Counted from the first letter of the stretch, positions 1 through 11,413 are shown. The stretch: 64,000 nt of DNA from an uncultured delta proteobacterium (GCA_963695875.1 CAVOID010000005.1:96001-160000); one strand, 5' to 3'. Numbers and translations are program-made. The notes: a model not told the origin generated them from the sequence alone.

Positions 1-174
1 AACTGGATGGATCCCCTTACTCTCGCCCAGGCCATGGGTCTTTACCGATGGCAGGTAAAGCGTCATTTCAAACCTGGCGTTTTCAAAAAACTCGACAATA
101 AAACACTTGCTGAGTATGCCCGGCTTTTTAAAGTAACCGTCAACGAGCTAATAAATTTCCCCGGGGAGAATTAA
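1..174 (+). CDS. 3' end of a small HTH-like conserved protein (partial at window edge)
   Basis: Frame 1 is open from base 1 (NWMDPLTLAQAMGLYRWQVKRHFKPGVFKKLDNKTLAEYARLF...) to TAA at 172-174, abutting the next ATG. Resembles the small protein that precedes BtrH-like genes in DAR/flexirubin-type clusters. Confidence 0.65.
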   Translation, partial: NWMDPLTLAQAMGLYRWQVKRHFKPGVFKKLDNKTLAEYARLFKVTVNELINFPGEN

Positions 175-1182
175 ATGGCAGTCTTGAAGCCATTGGAACA
201 CAGACAATACGCCCACTGCGAAAGCGGCGTGGTTACCGGGCTCCTGAGTTGCCACGGTCTCGATCTTTCCGAACCAATGGTGTTTGGCATCACCGGCGGC
301 CTGACTTTCGCCTATATCCCTTTTATCAAGATGACCAACATGCCTATCGTATCGTACCGTATGATTCCCGGGTCGATCATCAAAGGGGCAGTGAAGAACC
401 TCGATGTCAGATTCAATACCAAAAGATACAGGGATAAGGAGGAGGCCATTGTTGAGCTCATTGATCTCATCGACCAGGGTGAAATCGTCGGTCTGCAGAC
501 ATCGGTTTACTGGCTGCCCTATTTCCCGCCGGAGATGCGTTTCCAGTTCAACGCACACAATCTCATCGTCTACGGACGAGAGGGAGATGAGTTTCTCGTA
601 AGCGATCCCGTTTTTGAACATACCGTCCGGATCAAGGCAGAGGACCTCCAGAACGCCCGCTTCGCCAAAGGAACCCTGGCCCCGAAGGGTTTTATGTACT
701 ATCCTGCTCTGGTCAATACCTCTATCGATTTGCGGGAGGCAATAAGGAAATCCATAAAGCGAACGGTGCACATGATGCTACATGCTCCCGTACCTTTTAT
801 CGGCGTTAAGGGCATCCATTATATGGGAAGGAGGATTGAAAGGCTCAAGACCCACAAAGACCTAAGATACATCCGCCTCTTTCTCGGCCATATTGTGAGG
901 ATGCAGGAAGAGATAGGTACGGGAGGTGGTGGTTTCCGGTTCATGTACGCGGCCTTCCTGCAGGAAGCAGGGCAAATTCTAAAATCTCAACGACTGGAGG
1001 AGGCATCGCAGATGATGACGGAGGCGGGCGATATGTGGCGGCAGTTTGCCTTAGCCTGCGCCAGGGCATGTAAGAGCAGGACCGCGAATTTTGATGTGGA
1101 AGATATCGCCCGACTGGTGAAAAAATGCGCCATTCAGGAGAAGCTTGTCTACTCTCTTCTCAAAATCTCTTCAACTCAATAA
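175..1182 (+). CDS. BtrH N-terminal/DUF4872 papain-like (C39-like) protein
   Basis: N-terminal HCESG motif, FNAHN and SDP motifs, C-terminal QEEIGTGGGGFRFMYAAFL. Confidence 0.8.
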   Translation: MAVLKPLEHRQYAHCESGVVTGLLSCHGLDLSEPMVFGITGGLTFAYIPFIKMTNMPIVSYRMIPGSIIKGAVKNLDVRFNTKRYRDKEEAIVELIDLIDQGEIVGLQTSVYWLPYFPPEMRFQFNAHNLIVYGREGDEFLVSDPVFEHTVRIKAEDLQNARFAKGTLAPKGFMYYPALVNTSIDLREAIRKSIKRTVHMMLHAPVPFIGVKGIHYMGRRIERLKTHKDLRYIRLFLGHIVRMQEEIGTGGGGFRFMYAAFLQEAGQILKSQRLEEASQMMTEAGDMWRQFALACARACKSRTANFDVEDIARLVKKCAIQEKLVYSLLKISSTQ

Positions 1183-1324
1183 CTGTTTAAAATCCCTCTG
1201 TAAAATTACTGAACACAAACTCACTTGGAAATCAGTTCCGGAGATATTTTTTCTCAAGTAAACGCTTGATTTGTCCGATACTTAAAGTAGCGGCCGCGAA
1301 AGTTATATAAGGAGTGCAACTCAC

Positions 1325-2266
1325 ATGGAACGCTTCAAACAATTTGCTTTTAAGAACTTCGAGGCAATCCTCATCTTTGCTATTCTCTTGTCGGCCTTCC
1401 TTGGAACATATTTTCTTGACGACCCGTCAATTGTCCTCAATTTTTACTATCTTCCTGTTCTCGTGGCGTCGTACTTTCTCGGACGCCGCATGGGACTCCT
1501 TACCGCGATCCTGTCAATTCTGCTTGTTCTCATCTGTGCCTTGCTCTTTCCCTCCAGATTCTTCAGCCATAACATGTTGTTACAGGATATCGGCAGGCTT
1601 TCCTCCTGGGGCGGTTTCCTTATACTGGCGAGTGTCACCGTTGGTAGCCTGTATGAGATGAATGAGCGCCAGCTCCACGACCTGAAAAATGCATACGTCG
1701 GGATCGTAGAGATACTGTCTAAATATCTCGAGTCGACGGACCGTTACACGAAGGGGCATTCCGTACGCGTCTCAGAGCTTGCCATGGAGGTTGCTATTGC
1801 CATGGACCTGCATCGTACTGACGTTGAGAACATCCGGGTGGCAGGGCTACTTCACGATATCGGGAAGATAGAAATAAGCGGACATATTCTGCGCAAGGCA
1901 GCCAATCTGACAACTGAAGAGAGGGAGCAGATCAACAAACATGCCGAGAAGGGAGCACGGATTCTTTCTTCAGTGGGATCGGTCCTCAAGGAAGTTGTCC
2001 CCATCGTCATGGCCCACCATGAGTACTTCTCGAACAATGGCGACGGACGAACCGGAGCATCGAAAGAGGGACAAATACCCTTAGGGGCGCGGATCCTGGC
2101 CGTCGCCGACTCCTTCGATGCCATGACAACCGACCGTCCTTACCGCAAGGGAATGCCACCCTGGCAGGCCCGCGAAGAAGTTATAGTTAATGCCGGCAAG
2201 CAGTTTGATCCTCAAGTCGTCGAAGCCTTCAAGCGTGTGATCGACAAGAAATTGGAAACAATATAA
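1325..2266 (+). CDS. Membrane-anchored HD-GYP phosphodiesterase
   Basis: N-terminal TM helices; YTKGHSVRV, LLHDIGK, HHE, ARILAVADSFDAMTTDRPYR motifs. Confidence 0.9.
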   Translation: MERFKQFAFKNFEAILIFAILLSAFLGTYFLDDPSIVLNFYYLPVLVASYFLGRRMGLLTAILSILLVLICALLFPSRFFSHNMLLQDIGRLSSWGGFLILASVTVGSLYEMNERQLHDLKNAYVGIVEILSKYLESTDRYTKGHSVRVSELAMEVAIAMDLHRTDVENIRVAGLLHDIGKIEISGHILRKAANLTTEEREQINKHAEKGARILSSVGSVLKEVVPIVMAHHEYFSNNGDGRTGASKEGQIPLGARILAVADSFDAMTTDRPYRKGMPPWQAREEVIVNAGKQFDPQVVEAFKRVIDKKLETI

Positions 2267-2294
2267 AATGGTAGTACGGCATTGTCGAAGCTCT

Positions 2295-3161
2295 TCAATA
2301 CCTTTCCACTTCGATCACTGCGTAATGTCCTCGCTGATCCTTGTTTATATGCAACATGGCCTTTCCTGGGAAAAGCTTGACGAACATGCCTATGCCGCAG
2401 GCCGTGGCCGAGCCGGAATACCCATACTCCCGGAGGTAATCAAATTCGGCAGCAGGCCGCAATGCACCCCTCAATTCGGCAGCTTCATCATCATTTATCA
2501 GTGCTCCGAAAGAGACCACGTCCATAGGCGATCTTTCCCTGATCCACATCATACATGAGGGGCCATCCCGGAATGACCTGATTTCTTTAATTTCCCCGCA
2601 GGCCCCATCCTTCTCGTCCCTGACGTAAAGCCAACCACTCCCGTCAACCATTTGCCAGCCGCGACCGGTCTGCTCTTCCATGAACATCTGAGAAAGTGAG
2701 GCCTCATCCACACCGCCTATCAGGGCGTTCTTTTCCGCCCCACAGGTGAAATCCATCTTCAGCAGTTCCAGCCCCCTTTCGAAGGAGAGGTGCTGGCTGG
2801 AAACTATTATATTCCGGCCCCGGATGCCCAGGTTCTGGGCAAGATAAAACGCCGCAGTATTGCTCATAGTATTGATGAAACCGAATGGCTTAGGCAGAGA
2901 GTGGATCACATATATTTCATCCAGGACCTGAGCGGTCTCACCGAGGTTTCCATGCTCCGTCGTCAGGTAGACGGCCGTATCAGGATCAAGGGAGCCCTGA
3001 TGGATACATTGACGGGCGCCAAGCAGGGTAAGAAGGATGAACCTGTTCACCCTGCGGAAATTTTCCGGGGTATAGCGGCTTAATTCCTTCTTTAAATAAT
3101 TAATGTCACTGTTCGCCTCGCCGGTGAAGGCAGAGGCGCTGTGAATGTACATCTCGCTCAT
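2295..3161 (-). CDS. Beta-ketoacyl synthase-like (chain-length-factor type) protein
   Basis: Likely start MSEMYIHS at 3161 overlaps the upstream KS stop; FRRVNRF, PFGFINTMSNTAAFY, ALIGGVDE motifs; no catalytic Cys seen. Confidence 0.7.
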   Translation of the reverse strand: MSEMYIHSASAFTGEANSDINYLKKELSRYTPENFRRVNRFILLTLLGARQCIHQGSLDPDTAVYLTTEHGNLGETAQVLDEIYVIHSLPKPFGFINTMSNTAAFYLAQNLGIRGRNIIVSSQHLSFERGLELLKMDFTCGAEKNALIGGVDEASLSQMFMEEQTGRGWQMVDGSGWLYVRDEKDGACGEIKEIRSFRDGPSCMMWIRERSPMDVVSFGALINDDEAAELRGALRPAAEFDYLREYGYSGSATACGIGMFVKLFPGKAMLHINKDQRGHYAVIEVERY

Positions 3162-4338
3162 CCCATGCCGCCCTTGTTGGAGAGGATTAGGGTCGTACAA
3201 TTGCCGCCGAACCCGAAATAGTTCAGCATGAAAATGCCTTCCCCGGCATCCATATTTTCCGTCAGGGGCGTCAGATTTAATTGTTCGTCCACTTCCCGGA
3301 AGCCCGGTGTGGAGGGAATAAATCCCGCCTTGATCGATTCCGTAAACAGTATCATGTTCATTGACACCGCAGGCGCCCACGGTGTGACCGATGAAAGGCT
3401 TGACGCAGGTTACGGGGGGCATCTGATCCCCGAAGATCACCCTCATGGCGGCGCATTCGGTTCTGTCATTGTTCTCTGTTCCCGTGGCATGGGCCTTGAC
3501 GGCGCATGATTTCACCCGGACCAATGCCCCGCCTGTCTCAGGGCCCTGTTCATCGTTTCCGCGACAGCGATCCCTTCTTCATCGTGGCTGGTCACGCTGT
3601 AGGTATCACAGAGATTCGCCCCGCCTAGATACATGAAATCACCGGACTTTTCTGCGCTTCCCCTCCAGCACCACCGCACCGCAGGCCTCACCGAGGATCA
3701 GGCCGTCCCGCTTTCTGTCAAAGGGCCTGTATTCCGAGGCGGCAATGGATTTCAGGCCTTCGAATCCGTAAAAACCGAGGTTGTTGAACAGGTCATAGCC
3801 CACCACCAGAGCCCTCTCGATGTGCCGTTCCTCTATCATGGACGCGGCGTAAAGCAAGGCGTTGGCGCTTGAGGTACAGGCCGTGGCAAAGGAATAGCAG
3901 CTGCCCTCGATTCCGAATTTCTCCATGATGGCGCCGGCAATTTTGCCGTAGCCATTGGACGACTGGAGGAACATCCCCGACACGGTCGATGAGGTCTTGC
4001 GGTGGTTGCCCTCAAACACGGGAACATCCATGGAGGTCGAGCCGAAAAACACATGCATGTCCCTGATCTCTGCACTGCTCAATCCGGCATCGGCAAGGGC
4101 ACGGGACACCGTGGAAAAGAGAATCTCATAGAAATACGCCTCGGAGCGGTTATCCAGTTTATCTCTCTTCTTCTCGCTGTATGAGGTAGTACGGTTTGGT
4201 ATAGGGCAGGCCGGCCAGGGTAAAGGGAAGATGTGCCAGCTTTATCCTCTTATGGCGAACAGCGTCTACGATCTCCTCCAGGGAATCCCCGAGGGAGCAG
4301 ATCATCGCCTTTCCTGTTATAAATGCCCTTCTTTTCAC
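3158..4338 (-). pseudogene. Beta-ketoacyl-ACP synthase (FabF-like), multiple frameshifts
   Basis: Fragments in different frames: GTG start at 4338 (MKRRAFITGKAMICSLG), TACTSSANA (catalytic Cys), KAHATGT, KPFIGHTVGACG, NYFGFGGN. The indels may be assembly errors. Confidence 0.75.
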
Positions 4339-4341
4339 GCT

Positions 4342-4609
4342 CTACTCCGGCTGAATGAAGTCGGCAAAGGTGTTTATGGATCTCATGACCCGTCTCGTTT
4401 CCTTGCTGTCGGTAATGATGATATTGTATTTATTCTGTATCGCGATAGAGATCTGCAGGGCATCTATCGAGTCCAGTCCGAGCCTGGATTCCCTGCCGAA
4501 CAGAGGATCATCGTCACCAATCTCCCCGGGATCGAGTTGTGATATCACACTCCTCGACGATCAGTTTCTTCAATTCCATTTTCAGTTTTTCATCAAGAGA
4601 ACCCTTCAT
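4342..4609 (-). CDS. Acyl carrier protein (one frameshift)
   Basis: MKGSLDEKLKMELKKLIVEEC joins by frameshift to ...LFGRESRLGLDSIDAL (phosphopantetheine Ser motif). Confidence 0.8.
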
Positions 4610-4615
4610 CGCTTT

Positions 4616-5843
4616 TCAGACCTCCCTCTGCCTCCGCAACAGGATCATCGTCAGGGTCAGCATGACCACTCCCGAAAATAAACAGGGACAGGCTTTCCGG
4701 AAGGACATCGGAGACGCTGCCGTTCCGCAGGAAGATATCGAGGAATCCTTCCAGTCCCCAGGACATGGGAGATATGATTGGCAATGTCCTGCATAAACCC
4801 GGGCATGACAAACTTGGGCACCATGATCCCGCCCAGGGCGCCAAAGATGATATTCAGGACCCCCCCGATGGTGGTTGCCTGCTCCGTCGTCCTGGCTACG
4901 GAGGCAATGAGAAGCGCCACGGAGATGGCGCTGAAGCTCACGGAAGCGGCAATCAGGACAAGGCCGCCCAGGGAATCCCCCAGGGTGAGGGCGGTGCCGC
5001 CGCAAAGAGGGACGACATAAACGCCTATGGCAATCATGATTACCACCTGGATCGCATTGATAAGAAGATAAGGCACCATCTTGCCCATGATCAGATAGAA
5101 CCTCGATACATTCATGCTTTTGAGGCGCATGAGGGTGCCCTGCCCCCTTTCGGAGATAAAGGTGTTGGATATGGGTATGACAATAAAAAACATGGAAAAT
5201 ACGAGCCAGGCGGGGACGCTCTGCTGGACGGCGGACGGAATCTTGACGTAACTGCCCTCCCTTGTGAACGTAATTGACCTCGACAGGGCTCTCTTCGGCC
5301 GCCTTCAGTTTCTTCTTGTCGATTCCTGCGAAGGCCAGGAAGCTTGTCGATACTGTCGATGAATGCATCCCATCTCAACTTCGCCAGCTTTCCTTCCAGC
5401 GCACTTCTTAAAACCAGCTGGGTCTGGATATTGACCGAGGGATTGACGAGAAGCTCCAGGGGCTTCTCATCCTTGCCCTTCCCTTTTTTCTCCACGAAGG
5501 CGGAGAAGTTTTCCCTGATGATCAGGGCGAACTTGTAGTCCCGGGAAATCATCTGCTCCTTCACCCTTTCCGTGGTAGCGTCTTTCTCAAGAAGGTGAAA
5601 CTTGAAAGTGCTGAGATCCTCCATCGCCTTCAAGAACGCCCCCGACTTCCTTCCCGCATCCTGGTTCACGGCAAGAACATCGATACTGACCGTACCGTGA
5701 AGCTCAAAGAGGTCCCGCATCGCCAGGGACATGATCATGATGAAAACGGCGGGCATGACAAAGAGGACCGCTACGGCATGGATGTCCCGGATGATCAGCA
5801 GGAATTCCTTTTTCAGGATGTAAAGTATCTTAATCATTCTCAA
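4616..5843 (-). pseudogene. ABC-2 type exporter permease, frameshifted
   Basis: KKEFLLIIRD N-terminus, ERGQGTLMRL, GGIMVPKFVMP, SPMSWGLEGF spread over several frames. Confidence 0.75.
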
Positions 5844-6780
5844 CGATGCCGTCAGTCTTCGTCGCGCAGCCTGATGTTTGTCAGCTTGAGGAAAAGCTCC
5901 TCAAGGGTTCTGTGGCCGAATACAGACGTCCTTCACCTGGACTCCGTGGTGCATGGAAGACGGCAAATACCGCGGCCATATTTTCATTGAAGCGTCCGTC
6001 CCGTTTGATATGGACGCCGTCCTTTTCAACCTGTATTCCGTCAATCTGCTGCAATTCTTTGACGGCGGTCTCTCCCATCTGCTCCACACTGATCAAAACC
6101 GCATCGGCACGCGTCAAAATGGCCTGTTTACCGTCATGGAGGATGATTTTGCCCTCATCGATCACGGCGATATCATCGGACACCTGCTCGATCTCATCCA
6201 TGTAATGGGAGGTATAGATGATCGTCGTTTTCCGCTCCCGGTTGATCTTCTTGTATCGTCTCCAGGATGTAGTTCCTCGATTGTGTATCGACGCCTACGG
6301 TCGGCTCATCGAGATACATTATTTCGGGTTCGTTTAACAGACCTATGGCCAGGTTCAGGCGCCTTTTCATGCCGCCGGAAAACTTGTCCACCCGCTTGTT
6401 CGACAAAGGCCTGCATGCTTCCCGTATCGATGCAGAACTCCATGCGCTCCTTCAGTTTCTTCCCCTTCAGTCCCCACAGGGCACCGAAGTACTCCAGGTT
6501 TTCGCAGGCCGACAGTCGCGGATAGAAAGCCAGGGTCTGCGGCACATAACTGCATATGGACTGGATACGAGCCGAGTTCATGGTCGAGATCCAGACCGCC
6601 GATGGTGATATTCCCGCTGTCCTTCCCGATGACGCCGGTAAGGATGGAAATCAGGGTTGTCTTTCCCGCGCCGTTGGGACCCAGCAGCCCCATGATGGAA
6701 CCGCGCCGCACTGAAAGGTTCACGTCTTCGAGGACAGGTTTTTTATCGTAGGACTTGCAAAGATGCTTGATTTCGATCAA
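5840..6780 (-). pseudogene. ABC transporter ATP-binding protein, frameshifted
   Basis: Walker A GPNGAGKTT, signature FSGGMKRRL and Walker B YLDEPTVG lie in different frames. Confidence 0.8.
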
Positions 6781-6796
6781 CGGCTCACCATATTTT

Positions 6797-6825
6797 AAGG
6801 GGTTAGGCGATTTTCCTAACCCCTT
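6797..6825 (-). terminator. Hairpin downstream of tRNA-Thr
   Basis: aaggggttag-gcgattttc-ctaacccctt inverted repeat. Confidence 0.6.
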
Positions 6826-6834
6826 GACTTCCCA

Positions 6835-6910
<76 letters not shown>

Positions 6911-7116
6911 CTTGTGACATACAATATGATAGGTGTCCGGCGATATTCCCCGGAACAATTGAATGTGAGATTTATATTATCGTAGTTTCCATGTCAAGAC
7001 TTTAAGATGTTTGATAATAGCAACACCGGCTATTTCTTTATCAATACCCTTCTTTGCCTTGACTTTCAAATCGTGTTTGGTATTATTCGGGAACTCTAAG
7101 GGGTGAAGGCCGCGTC

Positions 7117-9366
7117 ATGAATGAACGACTAAAGAAGATCTTCTCAATATCACCTCTGAAAATAGCGATCTTCGTCATTTTTATCGCCCTCATCATGTTT
7201 TTCGTTGATGTTCGTTTCCTCCGATTTATGGAATTGAAGGCCCTCGATTTAAGAATGTTCTCCAGGGGAAAACTGCCGTCAGGAGGAGAAACGGTTATCG
7301 CGGTAATCGATGAAAAGAGTTTGAGCGAATTAGGCCGATGGCCGTGGCCGAGAACAACCCTCGCCGAGTTGGTTGATAGACTGAAAGGGTACGGAGCGAA
7401 GGTGGTGGGGTTCGATATTGTTTTTTCGGAGCCTGATCAAAATTCGAGCCTTAAGACCATTATTGATCTCTCAAATGAAGTAAAAGAAATCGGGATTCAG
7501 GATAAAAGAATACAGGGATTGCTAAACAGGAAAAAAATGACAGCCGATACGGATGCCGCTCTGGCTGAATCGATTAACCGGGCAAAGAACGTCACACTCG
7601 GTTATTTTTTTTATAGATCCAAGAAGGAAGCCCCTCATCTCAGCGAAGCAGAAATTAAAGCGGGAGAGGAAAATATCGCCAACTCCAGATATCAGATGAT
7701 CCGGGGCGAAACTGCACCTGAAGATTCCGCATTAATTCATGCTTATTCAGCCGTGACAAATCTCAAACCCATAAGTGACACCGCTGAAAACAGCGGTTAT
7801 TTTAATGCCTTCCCCGACAGTGACGGGACCCTCAGATGGTCACCGCTGGTAATCAAATTTCAGGACGACTACTATTTGCCGCTGTCTCTATCCCTGCTGC
7901 TCCAGTATCTGGACTGGCCTATGCTTACCCTGAAGACGGCCGGATACGGCATCGAAGGAGTTAAAATAGGCAATATTGATATTCCGACCGACAAATCCGG
8001 GAGGATGCTGATTAATTATCTAGGACCGGCGCAGACATTCCCCCATTATTCAATATCCGACATTATCGCAGGCCGCCTTTCTCCTGACAGCTTCAAAAAT
8101 AAAATCGTTATAGTAGGCGCTACGGCCATAGGAATCTATGATCTGCGGGTGACTCCTTTCAGCGCTGTGTATCCGGGCGTGGAAATTCATGCCAGTGTAA
8201 TTGACAACATTCTGCACCGGAATTTCCTGCGTCAATCCACCTTTACATCACTACTCGATGTTTGTTCGATTATAATCTTCGGTCTTATAGTTGGAATCGT
8301 CATTCCAAGGATTAACGCCGTCCAGGGGGTAGTATTAAGCCTCTTAATGGTCGCGGCCTTCGTTGTAATAAACACAATTACACTCTCTCACTTCAATATC
8401 TGGCTGAATGTCATTTATCCGGTCCTCACCATGATAACGATCTATCTGGGCATATCGGTATACCGGTATATCACCGAAGAGAGGGAAAAGAAAAAAATCC
8501 GCAACGCCTTCCAGTATTATCTTACCGGTTCGGTCATCAACGAAATGTTAAAAGACCCGTCTAAACTCAAGCTCGGAGGCGACAAAAAGGACCTGACCGT
8601 ACTCTTTTCTGATATCAGGGGCTTTACGACGGTATCGGAAAAAATGTCACCGGAAGAACTTGTCCATTTACTGAATGAGTATTTGACGGCCATGACAAAT
8701 ATGGTATTTAAATACGACGGACTCCTGGATAAATACATGGGAGACGCCGTTATGGCCGTCTTCGGCGCCCCCCTCATTCAGCCGGATCATGCCCTCAGGG
8801 CATGCAGAACCGCTCTCGGCATGATGGAGGAATTGAAAAAGCTGCAGAAAAAATGGGCGGAGGAAGGTAAACCTGTACTCGATATCGGTATAGGTATCAA
8901 CAGCGGTGACATGGTAGTCGGCAATATGGGGTCGGATATGAGGTTCGACTATACAGTCATGGGCGACATGGTGAATTTGGGTTCCAGACTGGAAGGGATT
9001 AATAAGGAATATGGAACCAATATAATCATCAGCGAATATACGTATAACGACGTCAAGGATGAGCTGTTCTGCCGGGAACTGGACTCCGTCATAGTCAAAG
9101 GCAAGAAACTTCCCGTGAAGATCTATGAACTCCTCGGCGAAAGGAAGGATGCCGAAAAGTGGGAAAAATCTGTCGGTCTTTTCAAGGAAGGTCTGTTAAA
9201 ATACAGGCAGGGCCTCTGGGATGAGGCGATTGTATCTTTCCGAAAGGTCCTTGAAGTAAAACCGGACGATGCACCTTCAAGCCTGTACATTAACAGGTGT
9301 GAGGAACTAAAAAAGAAACCGCCTGAAGGTCCATGGGACGGTGTATTCACGATGACGAGAAAATGA
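7117..9366 (+). CDS. CHASE2-domain adenylate/guanylate cyclase
   Basis: GRWPWPR and PGVEIHA (CHASE2), TM helices, FSDIRGFT, DKYMGDAVMA, DYTVMGDMVNLGSRLEG, C-terminal TPR-like tail. Confidence 0.93.
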   Translation: MNERLKKIFSISPLKIAIFVIFIALIMFFVDVRFLRFMELKALDLRMFSRGKLPSGGETVIAVIDEKSLSELGRWPWPRTTLAELVDRLKGYGAKVVGFDIVFSEPDQNSSLKTIIDLSNEVKEIGIQDKRIQGLLNRKKMTADTDAALAESINRAKNVTLGYFFYRSKKEAPHLSEAEIKAGEENIANSRYQMIRGETAPEDSALIHAYSAVTNLKPISDTAENSGYFNAFPDSDGTLRWSPLVIKFQDDYYLPLSLSLLLQYLDWPMLTLKTAGYGIEGVKIGNIDIPTDKSGRMLINYLGPAQTFPHYSISDIIAGRLSPDSFKNKIVIVGATAIGIYDLRVTPFSAVYPGVEIHASVIDNILHRNFLRQSTFTSLLDVCSIIIFGLIVGIVIPRINAVQGVVLSLLMVAAFVVINTITLSHFNIWLNVIYPVLTMITIYLGISVYRYITEEREKKKIRNAFQYYLTGSVINEMLKDPSKLKLGGDKKDLTVLFSDIRGFTTVSEKMSPEELVHLLNEYLTAMTNMVFKYDGLLDKYMGDAVMAVFGAPLIQPDHALRACRTALGMMEELKKLQKKWAEEGKPVLDIGIGINSGDMVVGNMGSDMRFDYTVMGDMVNLGSRLEGINKEYGTNIIISEYTYNDVKDELFCRELDSVIVKGKKLPVKIYELLGERKDAEKWEKSVGLFKEGLLKYRQGLWDEAIVSFRKVLEVKPDDAPSSLYINRCEELKKKPPEGPWDGVFTMTRK

Positions 9367-9450
9367 TTTAGATTAGAAACGTCGATATATATTCTCTCAG
9401 CTCCCCCTTTTTTTAAAGGGGGATACTCAGAGGCCATTTTCGGATTCAAC

Positions 9451-11409
9451 ATGCAGATGAAAGAAAAACAGAAATACAGAAGCTGGGTAGAGGTCGACCT
9501 CGACAATTTCACGAAAAACTGGAATGAGATGAAGAGACTGGTCGGCCCTGATGTCCGGATTATGCAGGTTGTCAAGGCGGATGCCTATGGCCATGGTGCG
9601 ATTGAGATTTCCAACGTAGCCCTAAAAAATGGCGCCGCTCTTTTAGGTGTAGCCAATTCAGACGAAGCAGTGCAGCTTCGCATCAGCGGGATCACAGCAC
9701 CGATCCTTATCCTGAGCCCCTCGACAGGTTCCGAAATCGATGAGATCATTAAATACAATTTAATACCATCCGTTTCGGATCTCAACTTCGCCCGGGAACT
9801 TCAGAAAAAAAGCAAAAAGGCAGATGTAAAGACACCTATCCACATCGAGGTGGATACAGGCATGGGCAGAGGCGGAACGATATATCATGAGGCTTTCAAT
9901 ATGATAAAAGAAATCCTCGGATACCCTAATATCATCATCGAAGGCATATTCACCCACCTCGCGTCCAGTGAAACCATGGACGATTATAACCATATGCAGT
10001 GGCGGCTTTTTAAGGAGCTTCTTGAAAAACTGGAAGAACACCACATCCGCATCTCCATCATACACATGGCAAACAGCGGGGCCATCCTCAATTATCCGAT
10101 GTTTCATCTGGACATGGTACGCCCCGGCCTGATGTCTTACGGCGTCTATCCCGGGCCTGAGACAAAAGCGAAGGGGCATCTTGCACCGGTCATGTGTTTC
10201 AAAACAAGGGTACTCCTCATCAAGGAATTCCCACAAGGGTACAGCATCGGCTACGGCCGGTCTTATATAACGGATAAGCCCACAAAGATAGCTACGATAC
10301 CGGTGGGATATGGAGACGGCTACGGACGCATTCTTTCCAATCAGGGCGCGGCCCTGATCAGTAGGAAACGGGCCCCCATCGTCGGGCATATATCCATGGA
10401 CATGTGCACCATTGACGTGAGCCACATAGACGACTGCCGGATCGGTGATGAGGTCGTCCTGATGGGAAGCCAGGGTAACGAATGCATTTCGGCGGATGAA
10501 ATCGCCGGTAAGTTAAAAACCATCAGCTATGAAATTCTCTGTGCCTTGGGAAAACGGGCACCGCGGGTGTTTTTGCACAAGGGTAAAACCGATGCGGTAG
10601 AGCCCCGATTGAGGCGGGTCTTCATTCCTGATGAAGAAAAGTCGATTGCACGAATAGATAACATCATCCGCCACTGCTTCCAGACGAGGGCGCGCAATGA
10701 GGAACTGGGTAACGCCATATATTACGAGATGTTTGAAACGCTCTTCGGCAAAGAAGACCGGCAGTTGGAGCTCAGGACCAATTTCAAATATGATATCAAG
10801 GTGACGGAGTTTTCGAAGAAAGAGATCCGCGCAGACCCCTCGGCAGAGGATTATTTCAAGGTTGCCATCCATGTCGAATATGTCAAGACCTTAAAAAATT
10901 TCATCTTCATGATCGGCTGCGCCCTGAACGACGAGCAGTTGGCCGCTTTCTTTGACGATAAGAACTGCGAATACCGGTGGCTCTTGAATCGGGGGGATGA
11001 TCCGGTTACCGAGAGGGATTTCAAAGTAGACAGGGTACGCATTGACAATAAAGATATTCCCATCATCAGAACAGAAAATACAAAAAGGGGTTATGAGGTC
11101 TGGTGCGGCGATGATAAACTCAAAAAGAAGTTGAACAAGCAGGCCAAAATAGAAATTGAGATCGTTACGAAGAAAGCCAAAAGCAGCAACAACTTCTCCG
11201 TTTATCTCGTATACCCCACCAGGGGCCTGGACATATCATTCAATTATGAAGGGGTAAATTTCAAGTTTGTGAAGGAAGTCAGTTTCTTCGCCGGTAAACA
11301 ACCGTATCCGGAGATCATCAGGAAACAGGGAAAATCAATCAGGATTAGAGTCAGCGACAACGACTGGATTTTCCCCAACAGCGGTGTTACTTTCTTCTGG
11401 GGTTTTTGA
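9451..11409 (+). CDS. alr: Alanine racemase with ~280-aa C-terminal extension of unknown function
   Basis: VVKADAYGHG (PLP Lys), DTGMGR, MVRPG, SIGYG, GYGDG, TISYEILC; the ORF continues to 652 aa. Confidence 0.9.
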   Translation: MQMKEKQKYRSWVEVDLDNFTKNWNEMKRLVGPDVRIMQVVKADAYGHGAIEISNVALKNGAALLGVANSDEAVQLRISGITAPILILSPSTGSEIDEIIKYNLIPSVSDLNFARELQKKSKKADVKTPIHIEVDTGMGRGGTIYHEAFNMIKEILGYPNIIIEGIFTHLASSETMDDYNHMQWRLFKELLEKLEEHHIRISIIHMANSGAILNYPMFHLDMVRPGLMSYGVYPGPETKAKGHLAPVMCFKTRVLLIKEFPQGYSIGYGRSYITDKPTKIATIPVGYGDGYGRILSNQGAALISRKRAPIVGHISMDMCTIDVSHIDDCRIGDEVVLMGSQGNECISADEIAGKLKTISYEILCALGKRAPRVFLHKGKTDAVEPRLRRVFIPDEEKSIARIDNIIRHCFQTRARNEELGNAIYYEMFETLFGKEDRQLELRTNFKYDIKVTEFSKKEIRADPSAEDYFKVAIHVEYVKTLKNFIFMIGCALNDEQLAAFFDDKNCEYRWLLNRGDDPVTERDFKVDRVRIDNKDIPIIRTENTKRGYEVWCGDDKLKKKLNKQAKIEIEIVTKKAKSSNNFSVYLVYPTRGLDISFNYEGVNFKFVKEVSFFAGKQPYPEIIRKQGKSIRIRVSDNDWIFPNSGVTFFWGF

Positions 11410-11413
11410 TTCA

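Noticed and set aside
2295..3524. 409-aa ORF as a single fusion protein
   Set aside because: Its N-terminus is a frameshifted piece of the upstream ketosynthase; the real gene starts at 3161.
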